This document shows, in pieces, positions 9,826-17,873 of a stretch of 64,000 nt of DNA. The first letter of the stretch is position 1; every line of letters begins with the position of its first letter. The position numbers and the translations under genes are program-made. The stretch comes from Trueperaceae bacterium (lineage in GTDB: Bacteria; Deinococcota; Deinococci; Deinococcales; Trueperaceae), in contig DASVDQ010000024.1 in assembly GCA_036381035.1 (NCBI GenBank), positions 97,742 to 161,741 of the forward strand, given 5' to 3'. The notes below the pieces were generated by a model. That model was not told where the DNA came from. It did not search any database and saw only the letters and a list, made by a program, of their open reading frames with translations.

Positions 9826-9937
9826 AATCGATCACTTCCCTTCGCTATCGCGCGTTCTCGAGTCTCGCCCCGCGGCGTTAGTCCGCCGGGAACCTTTCAT
9901 GAGTAGGATGAGAGCCTGCCTGCGGTAGGCTCGTAGC

Positions 9938-10165
9938 GTGCCTGACCTGCTCGACGAGCTCGCGTCGCACCTCCTATGGCGCATCGGCAGGGCGTCGGAG
10001 GACGGCCCCGTGACCGTGCGGGTCGGACTCGCCACGAGCGCTCCGCTGTTCAACGAGCTGCCGCGGCTGAGGAGCGCCACCGACGCCGAGGTGGAGGCCG
10101 CGCTGCGCGACTCCTCGCTGCGCGTCGAGTGGGTGGGACCCCGACCCAGACCGAGCGAGCGCTAG
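9938..10165 (+). CDS. Small conserved hypothetical protein (resembles Deinococcota-restricted DUF3248-type proteins; tentative)
   Basis: 75-aa ORF with strong third-position G+C bias. A TAGGCT box lies 6 nt upstream of the GTG. The family assignment is from memory only. Confidence 0.55.
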   Translation: MPDLLDELASHLLWRIGRASEDGPVTVRVGLATSAPLFNELPRLRSATDAEVEAALRDSSLRVEWVGPRPRPSER

Positions 10166-10167
10166 CC

Positions 10168-10677
10168 GTGGAGATACGGCACGAGGTGAGCTTCGCGCTC
10201 GCGCTCGCGATGAGCGTCGCCGAGGCGACGGACTTCGCGCGCGACGTCGCGCGCACGCTGAGGCACGCCGACTTCCTCGCCGACCTGCAGGTCGTGGCGG
10301 GCGACCCGCCCGTGGTCTCGGCCGCGATACCGGTGTCCGCCGCGATGTTCGGCCAGCGCGAGCTGCCGTTCCGCAGCGTGCTCGTCCCCACGCCCACGGG
10401 CGCGCGCCTCGAGGGCACCCCGCTGTCGGTGGACGGGCCCGGCTGGGCGCTCGTCTCCGGCGAGGCGCGCGTGAGCCCCGCCGGCCCGGGGCGCTCGCGC
10501 ATCGACTACGGCTTCGACATCACCGTCCACCTCCGGCTCCCCCGCGCCCAGCGCTGGGGCGAGCGAGCGCTGACCCGCGTGATCGAGTACACCGCGCGCA
10601 CGGTGCTGACGCAGGTCGCCGGCGAGCTCAAGCGCGCCGTGGCGCGGGCCGCCGGCGTCGCGACCGTCGTGGCGTAG
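10168..10677 (+). CDS. Hypothetical protein (DUF3809-like, tentative)
   Basis: GTG 10168 lies 2 nt after the upstream TAG and is in frame with track ORF 9976..10677. The product (VEIRHEVSFALALAMSVAEATDFARDV...) is about 169 aa. Its function is not recognised. Confidence 0.55.
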   Translation: MEIRHEVSFALALAMSVAEATDFARDVARTLRHADFLADLQVVAGDPPVVSAAIPVSAAMFGQRELPFRSVLVPTPTGARLEGTPLSVDGPGWALVSGEARVSPAGPGRSRIDYGFDITVHLRLPRAQRWGERALTRVIEYTARTVLTQVAGELKRAVARAAGVATVVA

Positions 10678-10706
10678 GGGGACCGGGCGCCGGCTGCGGC
10701 GCCGCG

Positions 10707-12113
10707 CTACTTGCCGACGCAGAAGCGGGAGAAGATGCTCGCCAGCGTCTCCTCGACCACGCCCTCGCGCCCCGTGATCGCGGCGAGGGCGGCCAGGGCG
10801 TCCTGCAGGTCGAGGGCCGCCAGCTCCTCGTCGTGCTCGAGGGCGCTCGCCACCGACGACCTGGCGCGCCGCAGCGCCTCGACGTGGCGGTCGTTGCCCA
10901 CCCACAGCTCGGCGCCGGCGGCGTCGCCCACGAGCTGGTCGGCGAGGGCGGCGCGCAGCTCCTCCAGTCCCTGCCCGGTGAGCGCCGAGACCGTCACGAC
11001 GGGCACGCCCTCGTGGAGCCCCAGGTCGGCGGGAGCCCAGGCCGCCGGGAGGTCGGCCTTGCTGGCCACGACGACCGTGTGCGCGCGGCCGCCGCCGCGC
11101 TCGGCCGGGGCGCCGGGCGCGAAGCGGCGCAGGAGCTCCCGGTCCTCGCCGTCTAGGGCCCGCGAGCGGTCGAGCACGAGCAGCCTCAGGTCGGCGCGCT
11201 CGGCGACCTCGGTGGTCAGCACCACGCCGCTGGCCTCGAGCGCGTCGGCGGCGGCGCGTATGCCGGCCGTGTCGACGAGCGTGACGGGGACGCCGGACAG
11301 CACCAGCGGCGCCTCGAGGTAGTCGCGCGTCGTGCCGGGCACGTCGCTCACGAGCGAGCGCTGGTAGCCGAGCAGCGCGTTGAGGAGGCTCGACTTGCCG
11401 GCGTTCGGACGGCCGAGCAGCGCCAGGCGCGCGCCCTCCCGCGTGAGGCGCCCCGCGTCGGCGGTGGCGAGCAGCTCGTCGATGCGCTCGAGCGCCCGCC
11501 GCAGCGGGCCCTGCAGCCGGGCCTCCGGCACGCCCTCGTCCGGGTAGTCGAAGCCGGCCTGCAGCTCGGCGTAGGCGGCGGTGACGTCGGACTGCACCTC
11601 GCCGATGCGCCGGCTCAGCGCGCCCGTGAGGCCGCCGGCGGCGTTGCGCCTGGCGGCCTCGGTGGAGGCGTTGACGAGGTCGAGCACGGCCTCGGCCTGG
11701 GCGAGGTCGAGGCGTCCGTTCAGGTAGGCGCGCAGGGTGAACTCGCCCGGCCCGGCGGCGCGAGCGCCGGCCTCGAGGCAGAGCGCGAGCACGCGCCTCA
11801 GCACCGCCGGTCCGCCGTGCGTCTGCAGCTCGATCACGTCCTGGCCGGTGTACGACGCCGGCGCCCTGAAGGTCAGCAGGAGCGCCTCGTCGACGACCTC
11901 GCCGTCCCTCGCCACGCGGCCGAACACCACGCGCCCCGGACCGAGGCCGCTGGGGCGCGCGCCGCTGGCCGGCCGGAACACGGCGTCGGCGACGGCGTAG
12001 GCGTCGGGCCCGGAGACCCTGACGATGCCCACGGCTCCGGTGCCGGGCGCGGTGGCGATGGCCGCGATCGTGTCGGTGGTGGGTGGCAGCGCCACGCCCT
12101 CAGATTCTCTCAC
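10707..12113 (-). CDS. mnmE: tRNA uridine-5-carboxymethylaminomethyl modification GTPase MnmE
   Basis: Motifs: DTIAAIATAPGTGAVGIVRVSG at the N-terminus, the G-domain GRPNAGKSSLLNAL...DTAGIR, and the C-terminal FCVGK. Track ORF 10707..12590 was trimmed to GTG 12113; GTG 12095 is an alternative start. Confidence 0.9.
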   Translation of the reverse strand: MRESEGVALPPTTDTIAAIATAPGTGAVGIVRVSGPDAYAVADAVFRPASGARPSGLGPGRVVFGRVARDGEVVDEALLLTFRAPASYTGQDVIELQTHGGPAVLRRVLALCLEAGARAAGPGEFTLRAYLNGRLDLAQAEAVLDLVNASTEAARRNAAGGLTGALSRRIGEVQSDVTAAYAELQAGFDYPDEGVPEARLQGPLRRALERIDELLATADAGRLTREGARLALLGRPNAGKSSLLNALLGYQRSLVSDVPGTTRDYLEAPLVLSGVPVTLVDTAGIRAAADALEASGVVLTTEVAERADLRLLVLDRSRALDGEDRELLRRFAPGAPAERGGGRAHTVVVASKADLPAAWAPADLGLHEGVPVVTVSALTGQGLEELRAALADQLVGDAAGAELWVGNDRHVEALRRARSSVASALEHDEELAALDLQDALAALAAITGREGVVEETLASIFSRFCVGK

Positions 12114-12170
12114 GGGGAGGCGCCCCGACCGGCGCCGGGCGCGACCGCTCCGCTGGCTATCATCTGCCTC

Positions 12171-13055
12171 ATGGGTCTCATCCACGCGCTGCAGGGCGCG
12201 GCCTCGCCGGCGCTCGACGCGATCATGCTCGGCATCACCCAGCTCGGGTCGGAGCAGGCCTACGTCGTCCTGCTCGTCGTGGCCTTCGTCGCCGTCGACG
12301 CCGAGCGCGGGCGCAGCCTCGCCCTCACGCTGCTGGCCGGCTACTACGCGAACCAGCTCCTCAAGGCCGCCTTCTTCACCCAACGGCCGTTCCAGATCGA
12401 CCCGAGCGTGGCCCGCTCCGCCGCCGCGGTCGCGACGGCGCCGGGCAGCGGCTTCCCCTCCGGCCACGCCCAGGGCACCGCGACCTTCTGGGCGCTGGCC
12501 GCCGCCTACGCGCGCCGCGGCTGGTTCACGGCGCTGGCCGTGACCGTCGTGGCCCTCGTCTCGCTGTCGCGCCTCTACCTCGGCGTGCACCTGCCCGTCG
12601 ACGTGGTCGGCGGGCTCGCCGTCGGCCTGGCCACCGTCGGCGTCTCCCTCTACCTGCAGCGGCGGGGCGTCGCGCCGGGCCGCGCCGCGACGGTCGTCCT
12701 CGGCCTGCTAACGCCGCTGGCGCTGCACCTACTCGCCCCCACGGAGGACTCCGGCCTGCTGCTCGGCTCGTTCGCCGCGTTCGCCGTCGGCCCCGAGCTC
12801 GTCAGGCACCGCACGTCGGGGCCCGTCGCCGGCAGGGCGGCGCTGGCCGCGCTGGCGCTCGCCCTGGCGTTCGGCGCGCTGCTCGGCAGCTCGGCGCTGC
12901 TGCCCGAGGCGGTGAAGCGCAGCGCGCTGGGGTCGTTCGCGAGGTACCTCGTCATCGGCGGCGTCGGCACCGTGCTGGTGCCGTGGCTCGGACGCGCGCT
13001 GCGCCTGACGCCGGCCCCTCTCGCCGCGGCGGCGCGGGGCGGGACGGCGGCTTGA
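12171..13055 (+). CDS. PAP2-family membrane phosphatase
   Basis: Starts at ATG 12171, with TATCAT 7 nt upstream. PAP2 motifs are KAAFFTQRP, PSGH and SRLYLGVHLPVDV. The protein has multiple TM segments. Confidence 0.8.
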   Translation: MGLIHALQGAASPALDAIMLGITQLGSEQAYVVLLVVAFVAVDAERGRSLALTLLAGYYANQLLKAAFFTQRPFQIDPSVARSAAAVATAPGSGFPSGHAQGTATFWALAAAYARRGWFTALAVTVVALVSLSRLYLGVHLPVDVVGGLAVGLATVGVSLYLQRRGVAPGRAATVVLGLLTPLALHLLAPTEDSGLLLGSFAAFAVGPELVRHRTSGPVAGRAALAALALALAFGALLGSSALLPEAVKRSALGSFARYLVIGGVGTVLVPWLGRALRLTPAPLAAAARGGTAA

Positions 13056-13852
13056 GCGAGGGCCGGCGCGTCAGGCTGCTCCTCGAGTACGACGGCACCG
13101 GCTTCTCCGGCTGGCAGCGCCAGCCGACGGGCGAGCGGACCGTGCAGGGCGCGGTGGAGCAGGCGTTCGCGAGGCTGCCCGGCGAGCACGGCACCGTGAT
13201 CGCGGCGGGACGCACCGACGCCGGGGTGCACGCGCTGGCGATGGTCGCGCACGTCGACACCACCACCGGCCTCCCCGACGAGCGCCTGCGCATGGCGCTG
13301 AACGCGCACCTGCCGCGCGACGTCGTCGTGCTGGCGCTCGAGACCGCGGAACCGGGCTTCGAGGCGCAGTTCTCCTGCCGCTACCGCCGCTACCTCTACC
13401 GGCTGCGCGTCGTGCGCGACGACCCGCGCCGCCTGGCGATCGACCGCCACAGGGTCCTGCCGGTGTTCCGGCGCCTCGACGTGGAGGCGATGAGGGAGGC
13501 GACGCGCCACCTCTTGGGCCGTCACGACTTCGCGGCGTTCGCGACGCAGGAGACGCGCACGACCACGCGCGAGCTCCTGCTCTGCGACCTGCGCGAGGCG
13601 GGCGCGGAGCTGCACCTGCACGTCGCCGCCGACGGCTTCCTGCGCAACATGGTGCGCACGATCGTCGGCACGCTGCTGTGGGTGGGGAAGGGCAAGTACG
13701 GGCCCGACGACGTCAGGGACGTGCTCGAGAGCCGTGACCGCCGGCGCGCCGGCCACAACGTCGGCCCGCAGGGCCTCTACTTCGTCGAGGCCGGCTACGG
13801 TCCCTGGGACCCGGAGGCGTCGGAGGCGCGCGTGGCCGCCCTGCTCGGGTAG
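13052..13852 (+). CDS. truA: tRNA pseudouridine(38-40) synthase
   Basis: Motifs: RVRLLLEYDGTGFSGWQRQP, GRTDAGVHA (catalytic Asp) and FLRNMVRTIVG. TTG 13052 overlaps the upstream stop (TTGA). Confidence 0.9.
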   Translation: MSEGRRVRLLLEYDGTGFSGWQRQPTGERTVQGAVEQAFARLPGEHGTVIAAGRTDAGVHALAMVAHVDTTTGLPDERLRMALNAHLPRDVVVLALETAEPGFEAQFSCRYRRYLYRLRVVRDDPRRLAIDRHRVLPVFRRLDVEAMREATRHLLGRHDFAAFATQETRTTTRELLLCDLREAGAELHLHVAADGFLRNMVRTIVGTLLWVGKGKYGPDDVRDVLESRDRRRAGHNVGPQGLYFVEAGYGPWDPEASEARVAALLG

Positions 13853-13961
13853 GCGGTCCGCTCATAGGCTCGGACGGGGCGCGGGCCGGCGCCGTTCCAC
13901 ACGTATACTCGGGCATGGCCGCCGGTCGTGAGCGGGACGCCGTCCCGGGGAGGCAGAGCGC

Positions 13962-14396
13962 TTGTCGCCGCGCGTGAGGCCCGTCACGGCGGACGACCTC
14001 GCGGCGCTGGCGCCCCTCGACGGCGAGTACGCGGCGCGGCTGGGCCTGGAGCCCTGCGTGAACCTCGGCAGCCTCCACTACTTCGGGCGCAGCGGCCACT
14101 CGTTCGTGGCCGAGGAGGGGGGAGCCGCTCTGGGCTTCGCCCTCGCGCACTCGACCTGGGCGGGCGGCGACGCGGCGCTGAGGCTCGAGCGCCTGGTTGG
14201 CGCGCCCGCGGCGGCCGGCGCGCTCGCCGCCGCCGTGGTGAAGAGCGCCTACGACGCCGGGGTCTACAGGCTGGTGGCGGAGCTGCCGCGCGGCGACGCC
14301 ACGGGCCGCGCCGCGGTCGAGGCCGCCGGCTTCACGCCGCGGGAGACCGTCAGCTACGCGCGCCGGCTCGGCTCCGCCGGCGCCGGGAGGGCCTAG
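13962..14396 (+). CDS. Small GNAT-fold protein (DUF1999-like, tentative)
   Basis: 144-aa ORF. TTG start 8 nt after GGGGAGG. The size and the C-terminal GFTP.E motif fit a GNAT fold. The family name is from memory of a Thermus structural-genomics protein. Confidence 0.6.
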   Translation: MSPRVRPVTADDLAALAPLDGEYAARLGLEPCVNLGSLHYFGRSGHSFVAEEGGAALGFALAHSTWAGGDAALRLERLVGAPAAAGALAAAVVKSAYDAGVYRLVAELPRGDATGRAAVEAAGFTPRETVSYARRLGSAGAGRA

Positions 14397-14620
14397 TGAG
14401 CGAGGCACCGACGAGCCGCGCCGTCGTCGGCGTCAGGGGCATGGACACGCCGGAGGCGAGGCAGCGGGTGAGGGCGGCGCTCGCCGCGGTGCCCGGGGTG
14501 AAGGACGTGCAGGAGGGCGACGGCGCGAAGATGGTCGTCGACTACGACCCCACGGAGGCGACGGTCATGGACCTGATAAGGGCGCTGCGGCGCATCGGGT
14601 TCCTGGCCGGCATGGAGTGA
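14396..14620 (+). CDS. Heavy-metal-associated (HMA)-like ferredoxin-fold domain protein lacking the CxxC metal site
   Basis: GTG 14396 overlaps the upstream TAG by 1 nt, and GGGAGG lies 5 nt upstream. The sequence VVGVRGMDTPEARQRVRAALAAVPGVKDV aligns with the HMA pattern GMxCxxC...AL..V.GV, but both cysteines are replaced. Confidence 0.55.
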   Translation: MSEAPTSRAVVGVRGMDTPEARQRVRAALAAVPGVKDVQEGDGAKMVVDYDPTEATVMDLIRALRRIGFLAGME

Positions 14621-14633
14621 CCTGGAGGACGTC

Positions 14634-15104
14634 TTGGAGGGCGAGGACGAGGTGGACGACGCGGGCCGGCGGGGGCAGACCGCCGGGCGCGCGGCCCGGT
14701 CGGGGGAGAGGGCCAGGCCGCCGGCCAAGGGCGGGGGCGGCGGGTCGCCGCGGACGCCGGCCGGGGGCGCCGACAGGGTGCGCGTCACCGACAGGGCGCT
14801 GGCGAAGATCGTCGGGCTCTCGGCCCACGAGGTCCCCGGCGTCGTCGGCATGGCGCCGGCCAGCCTCGGCGAGGGCATCAGGCGCATCCTGGGCGCCCGG
14901 CAGGTCGACGAGGGCGTCGTCGTCACCAGGCACGAGGACCCGTCCTCCGCCGACGTCGACATCCACGTCGTGGTGGCCTACGGCGTGAACATCCCCGCCG
15001 TCGCCGACTCGATCCGCGAGCGGGTGCGCTACGCCGCCGGCACCTACGCCGGCGTGGAGCTGGGCGCGGTGCGCGTCCACGTCGCCGGGGTCAGCCGTGC
15101 CTGA
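14634..15104 (+). CDS. Asp23/Gls24-family alkaline shock protein (YloU-like) with Gly/Arg-rich N-terminal extension
   Basis: TTG start 5 nt after GGAGG. The core is RVRVTDRALAKIVGLSAHEVPGVVGM...DVDIHVVVAYGVNIPAVADSIRERV. It lies immediately upstream of, and overlaps, a DAK2/YloV gene. Confidence 0.8.
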   Translation: MEGEDEVDDAGRRGQTAGRAARSGERARPPAKGGGGGSPRTPAGGADRVRVTDRALAKIVGLSAHEVPGVVGMAPASLGEGIRRILGARQVDEGVVVTRHEDPSSADVDIHVVVAYGVNIPAVADSIRERVRYAAGTYAGVELGAVRVHVAGVSRA

Positions 15105-16707
15105 GGCGGTGCTGGAGCGGACGACGAGCGGCCGCGTCGACGCTCGCGAGCTCTCGCACGCCTTCATCTACGCCACCCAGTGGCTCGGCGTCTTCGTCGA
15201 CGAGGTCAACGCGCTCAACGTCTACCCGGTCCCCGACGGCGACACCGGCACGAACATGCACCTCACGATGCAGTCGGTGCGCCGCCAGCTCTCGGAGCTG
15301 AGGAGCGTGACGATGCCCGCCGTGGCCCACGCCCTGGCCTACGGCTCGCTGCTGGGCGCCCGCGGCAACTCCGGCGTGATCCTCTCGCAGGTGCTCAAGG
15401 GCTTCGCCGAGTCCGTGAGGGAGCACAGGACGCTCGGCGGCGCGGAGGTCGCCCGCGCCCTGCGGGCCGGCTCGGACAGCGCCTACGCCGCCGTGATGCG
15501 GCCCGTCGAGGGCACGATCCTCACGGTCGTGCGCGAGGCGGCCGCGGCCGCGGAGGCGTCCGCCGGCGCCACGGCGATCGAGGTCCTGCGCGCCGCGCAC
15601 GACGCCGGCCGGGAGGCGTTGGCGCGCACCCCGGACCTGCTGCCGATCCTGAAGCAGGCCGGCGTGGTCGACGCCGGCGGGCTCGGGGCGCTGCGGGTGC
15701 TCGAGGGGCTGATCGCCTACTTCGAGAAGCGCGACCTGCCGCCCCCGCCCAAGGTCGAGAGGCGCGCCCAGCAGCAGTTCGAGGAGGAGGAGTTCGGCTT
15801 CTGCACCGAGTTCCTGCTGGCCGACGTGAAGGTGCCGACGGCCGAGATACAGGAGCTCGTGGCGCCCTTCGGCGACTCGCTGCTCGTGGTCGGGGCCGAG
15901 GGCTTCGTGAAGGGCCACATACACACGCAGGAGCCGGAGCGCCTCCTGGCCGCCGTCGGGCGCTACGGGCGCATGGTCCGCTCGAAGGTCGAGGACATGA
16001 GCGAGCAGCACTCCGAGATCCTCGCCGACGTCGACCTCCACGACGGCGCCGGACCGCGCCTGGCGGCCGTGGCGGTGGCGAGCGGCTACGGCCTGACGCG
16101 CGTGCTGAGGAGCCTGGGCGTGCGGGTCGTCGGCGGGGGGCAGACGGAGAACCCGTCGGTCGAGGACCTCGCCGACGCGGTGCGCAGCGTGGGCGCGGAC
16201 ACCGTCATCGTCATGCCCAACAACAAGAACGTGGTCATGGCCGCCGAGCGCGTGCAGGAGGTCGTGAAGGACAAGCGCGTGCTGGTCCTGCCGACGCGCA
16301 CGCTGGGCCAGGGCCTCGCCGCCTCGGTGGCGTTCAGCGAGGACGGCGACCCCGAAGACGTGCTCGAGGAGATGAGGAGCGCGGCCGAGGGCGCGACCAC
16401 GCTGGAGGTCACGAGCGCGAGCCGCGACGCGAACCTGGGTGGCGTGGACGTCCAGGAGGGTCAGGCGATCGGGCTCGTCGACGGCGTGCTGGAGACGGCC
16501 GCCGCGGACCACGACGCGGCGCTCCTCGACCTGGTCTTGAGGCACGGCGCCGGGCACGACGTCGCCACCCTGTTCCACAGCACGGCGGTGACTCCCGAGC
16601 GGGTCGCGGCGGTCGTCGAGCGCATCGGCGCGGCGCTCCCCGACCTCGAGGTCGAGGTGCACCAGGGCGGGCCGGACCTCTACCCCTACCTGATGCTCCT
16701 GGAGTGA
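15097..16707 (+). CDS. DAK2 domain fusion protein YloV
   Basis: 536 aa. The N-terminal DAK2 motif is NVYPVPDGDTGTNMHLTM, and there is a C-terminal DegV-like half. The conserved pairing with Asp23 resembles B. subtilis yloU-yloV. Confidence 0.9.
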   Translation: MPEAVLERTTSGRVDARELSHAFIYATQWLGVFVDEVNALNVYPVPDGDTGTNMHLTMQSVRRQLSELRSVTMPAVAHALAYGSLLGARGNSGVILSQVLKGFAESVREHRTLGGAEVARALRAGSDSAYAAVMRPVEGTILTVVREAAAAAEASAGATAIEVLRAAHDAGREALARTPDLLPILKQAGVVDAGGLGALRVLEGLIAYFEKRDLPPPPKVERRAQQQFEEEEFGFCTEFLLADVKVPTAEIQELVAPFGDSLLVVGAEGFVKGHIHTQEPERLLAAVGRYGRMVRSKVEDMSEQHSEILADVDLHDGAGPRLAAVAVASGYGLTRVLRSLGVRVVGGGQTENPSVEDLADAVRSVGADTVIVMPNNKNVVMAAERVQEVVKDKRVLVLPTRTLGQGLAASVAFSEDGDPEDVLEEMRSAAEGATTLEVTSASRDANLGGVDVQEGQAIGLVDGVLETAAADHDAALLDLVLRHGAGHDVATLFHSTAVTPERVAAVVERIGAALPDLEVEVHQGGPDLYPYLMLLE

Positions 16708-16720
16708 GCGCGCGGGGCGT

Positions 16721-16743
16721 CGCGGCCCGAGGCACCGGCCGCG
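16721..16743 (+). terminator. GC-rich hairpin downstream of yloV (no U-tract)
   Basis: CGCGGCC-9 nt-GGCCGCG, located 14 nt after the yloV stop. Confidence 0.3.
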
Positions 16744-16852
16744 CGGCTCGGAGCGCGTGGGGCGCCGCGGTCACGCGCGTCCAGCACGGCGTTCCCCGGC
16801 GGCCCGGAGCATGGGCCGGCGAGCGCGGCCGGAGCGCCGCGGGGCCGGAGTG

Positions 16853-16880
16853 TTACGTGTCGGTTAAGGTCCTCACGTAA
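16853..16880. promoter_or_regulatory. Inverted repeat TTACGTG-N14-CACGTAA upstream of the lipoprotein operon
   Basis: A perfect 7-bp inverted repeat in an AT-richer island about 110 nt upstream of ATG 16992. Confidence 0.35.
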
Positions 16881-16991
16881 GCGCCCTGACATCTCAACGC
16901 CGCTGCGGAGACAGTGATAGAGGACGGCGGAACGTGGCGCCGGTCTCAGTTCGGGGCCGGCCCCGTGAGCCCGCGTTCGTTTGGAGGTCCC

Positions 16992-17873
16992 ATGAGACGC
17001 CTCGCACTGCCCGCCATCGGCGCCCTGTGCGCGCTAGCCCTCGCGGCCTGCAACACCGGCGGACCCGGCGGGCCAGGCGGACCGCCGGGTAACACGATCT
17101 TCGTGACCGCGGGCCTTGACCCCGACGCGGCGCTGGAGACCGTGAGCCTGGACAGCCTCGAGTCCCAGGCGTTCGCCGTCGAGGTGCCCCAGGAGGTGGT
17201 CGACGCCGGCCTGCTCTACGTCGAGCTCGACCGCCTCGTCGACCTCGAGGTCATGACCTCCGGGTGGGGCACCGTGACCTTCAGCTCCTCGTCCTTCGAC
17301 TACTTCGGCTCGGGGACGCAGGGCCTGAGCCCGACCGGCGCGGGCGCGCCGGCGCCGCAGAGCATCGTGTCCACCGTGACCTGCGACGGCTCCTGCGTGC
17401 TGCTCGAGCCGGCGAACGCGGGGACCGTCTACGTGCGCGTGACCAACAGGGGACCGGTCGCGAACGTGAGCCTCTTCGCCTACGGCGACCAGCACATGGA
17501 CGAGTACGAGCCCGAGAACGACGAGACTGCCACGGCGCCCACGTTCGGCGCCATAGACAGCGACAGCGGGGCGATCGAGACCGTGGGGGACGTCGACTAC
17601 TGGTACTTCCCAGACGGCGGCACCGTGTCGTTCGACGTCGTCGACGAGGGCATCGGCGTCGAGGCCGACATCGTCGACGCCGGCGGCCAGGTCGTGCAGG
17701 ACAGCGGCGGACCCTATCATGACGGCGAGGAGGTCCTGCTCTTCGCCGGCGAGTACCTGAGGGTCTGGGCCCAGGAGCCCTGGCAGGCCGCCAGCTCGGC
17801 GCGGAGCGCCTACTACCTGGACATCACCGAGCTACCCAGCTCGCGCACGGAGGAGGCAGCGAGGAGAAGATGA
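16992..17873 (+). CDS. Lipoprotein with one beta-domain + PPC (pre-peptidase C-terminal)-like module
   Basis: ATG 16992 lies after GGAGG. The lipobox is LALAAC. The module ends with EPENDETATAPTFGAIDSDSGAIETVGDVDYWYF, matching the EPND...G.I....D.DWY.F pattern of PPC domains. Confidence 0.75.
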   Translation: MRRLALPAIGALCALALAACNTGGPGGPGGPPGNTIFVTAGLDPDAALETVSLDSLESQAFAVEVPQEVVDAGLLYVELDRLVDLEVMTSGWGTVTFSSSSFDYFGSGTQGLSPTGAGAPAPQSIVSTVTCDGSCVLLEPANAGTVYVRVTNRGPVANVSLFAYGDQHMDEYEPENDETATAPTFGAIDSDSGAIETVGDVDYWYFPDGGTVSFDVVDEGIGVEADIVDAGGQVVQDSGGPYHDGEEVLLFAGEYLRVWAQEPWQAASSARSAYYLDITELPSSRTEEAARRR

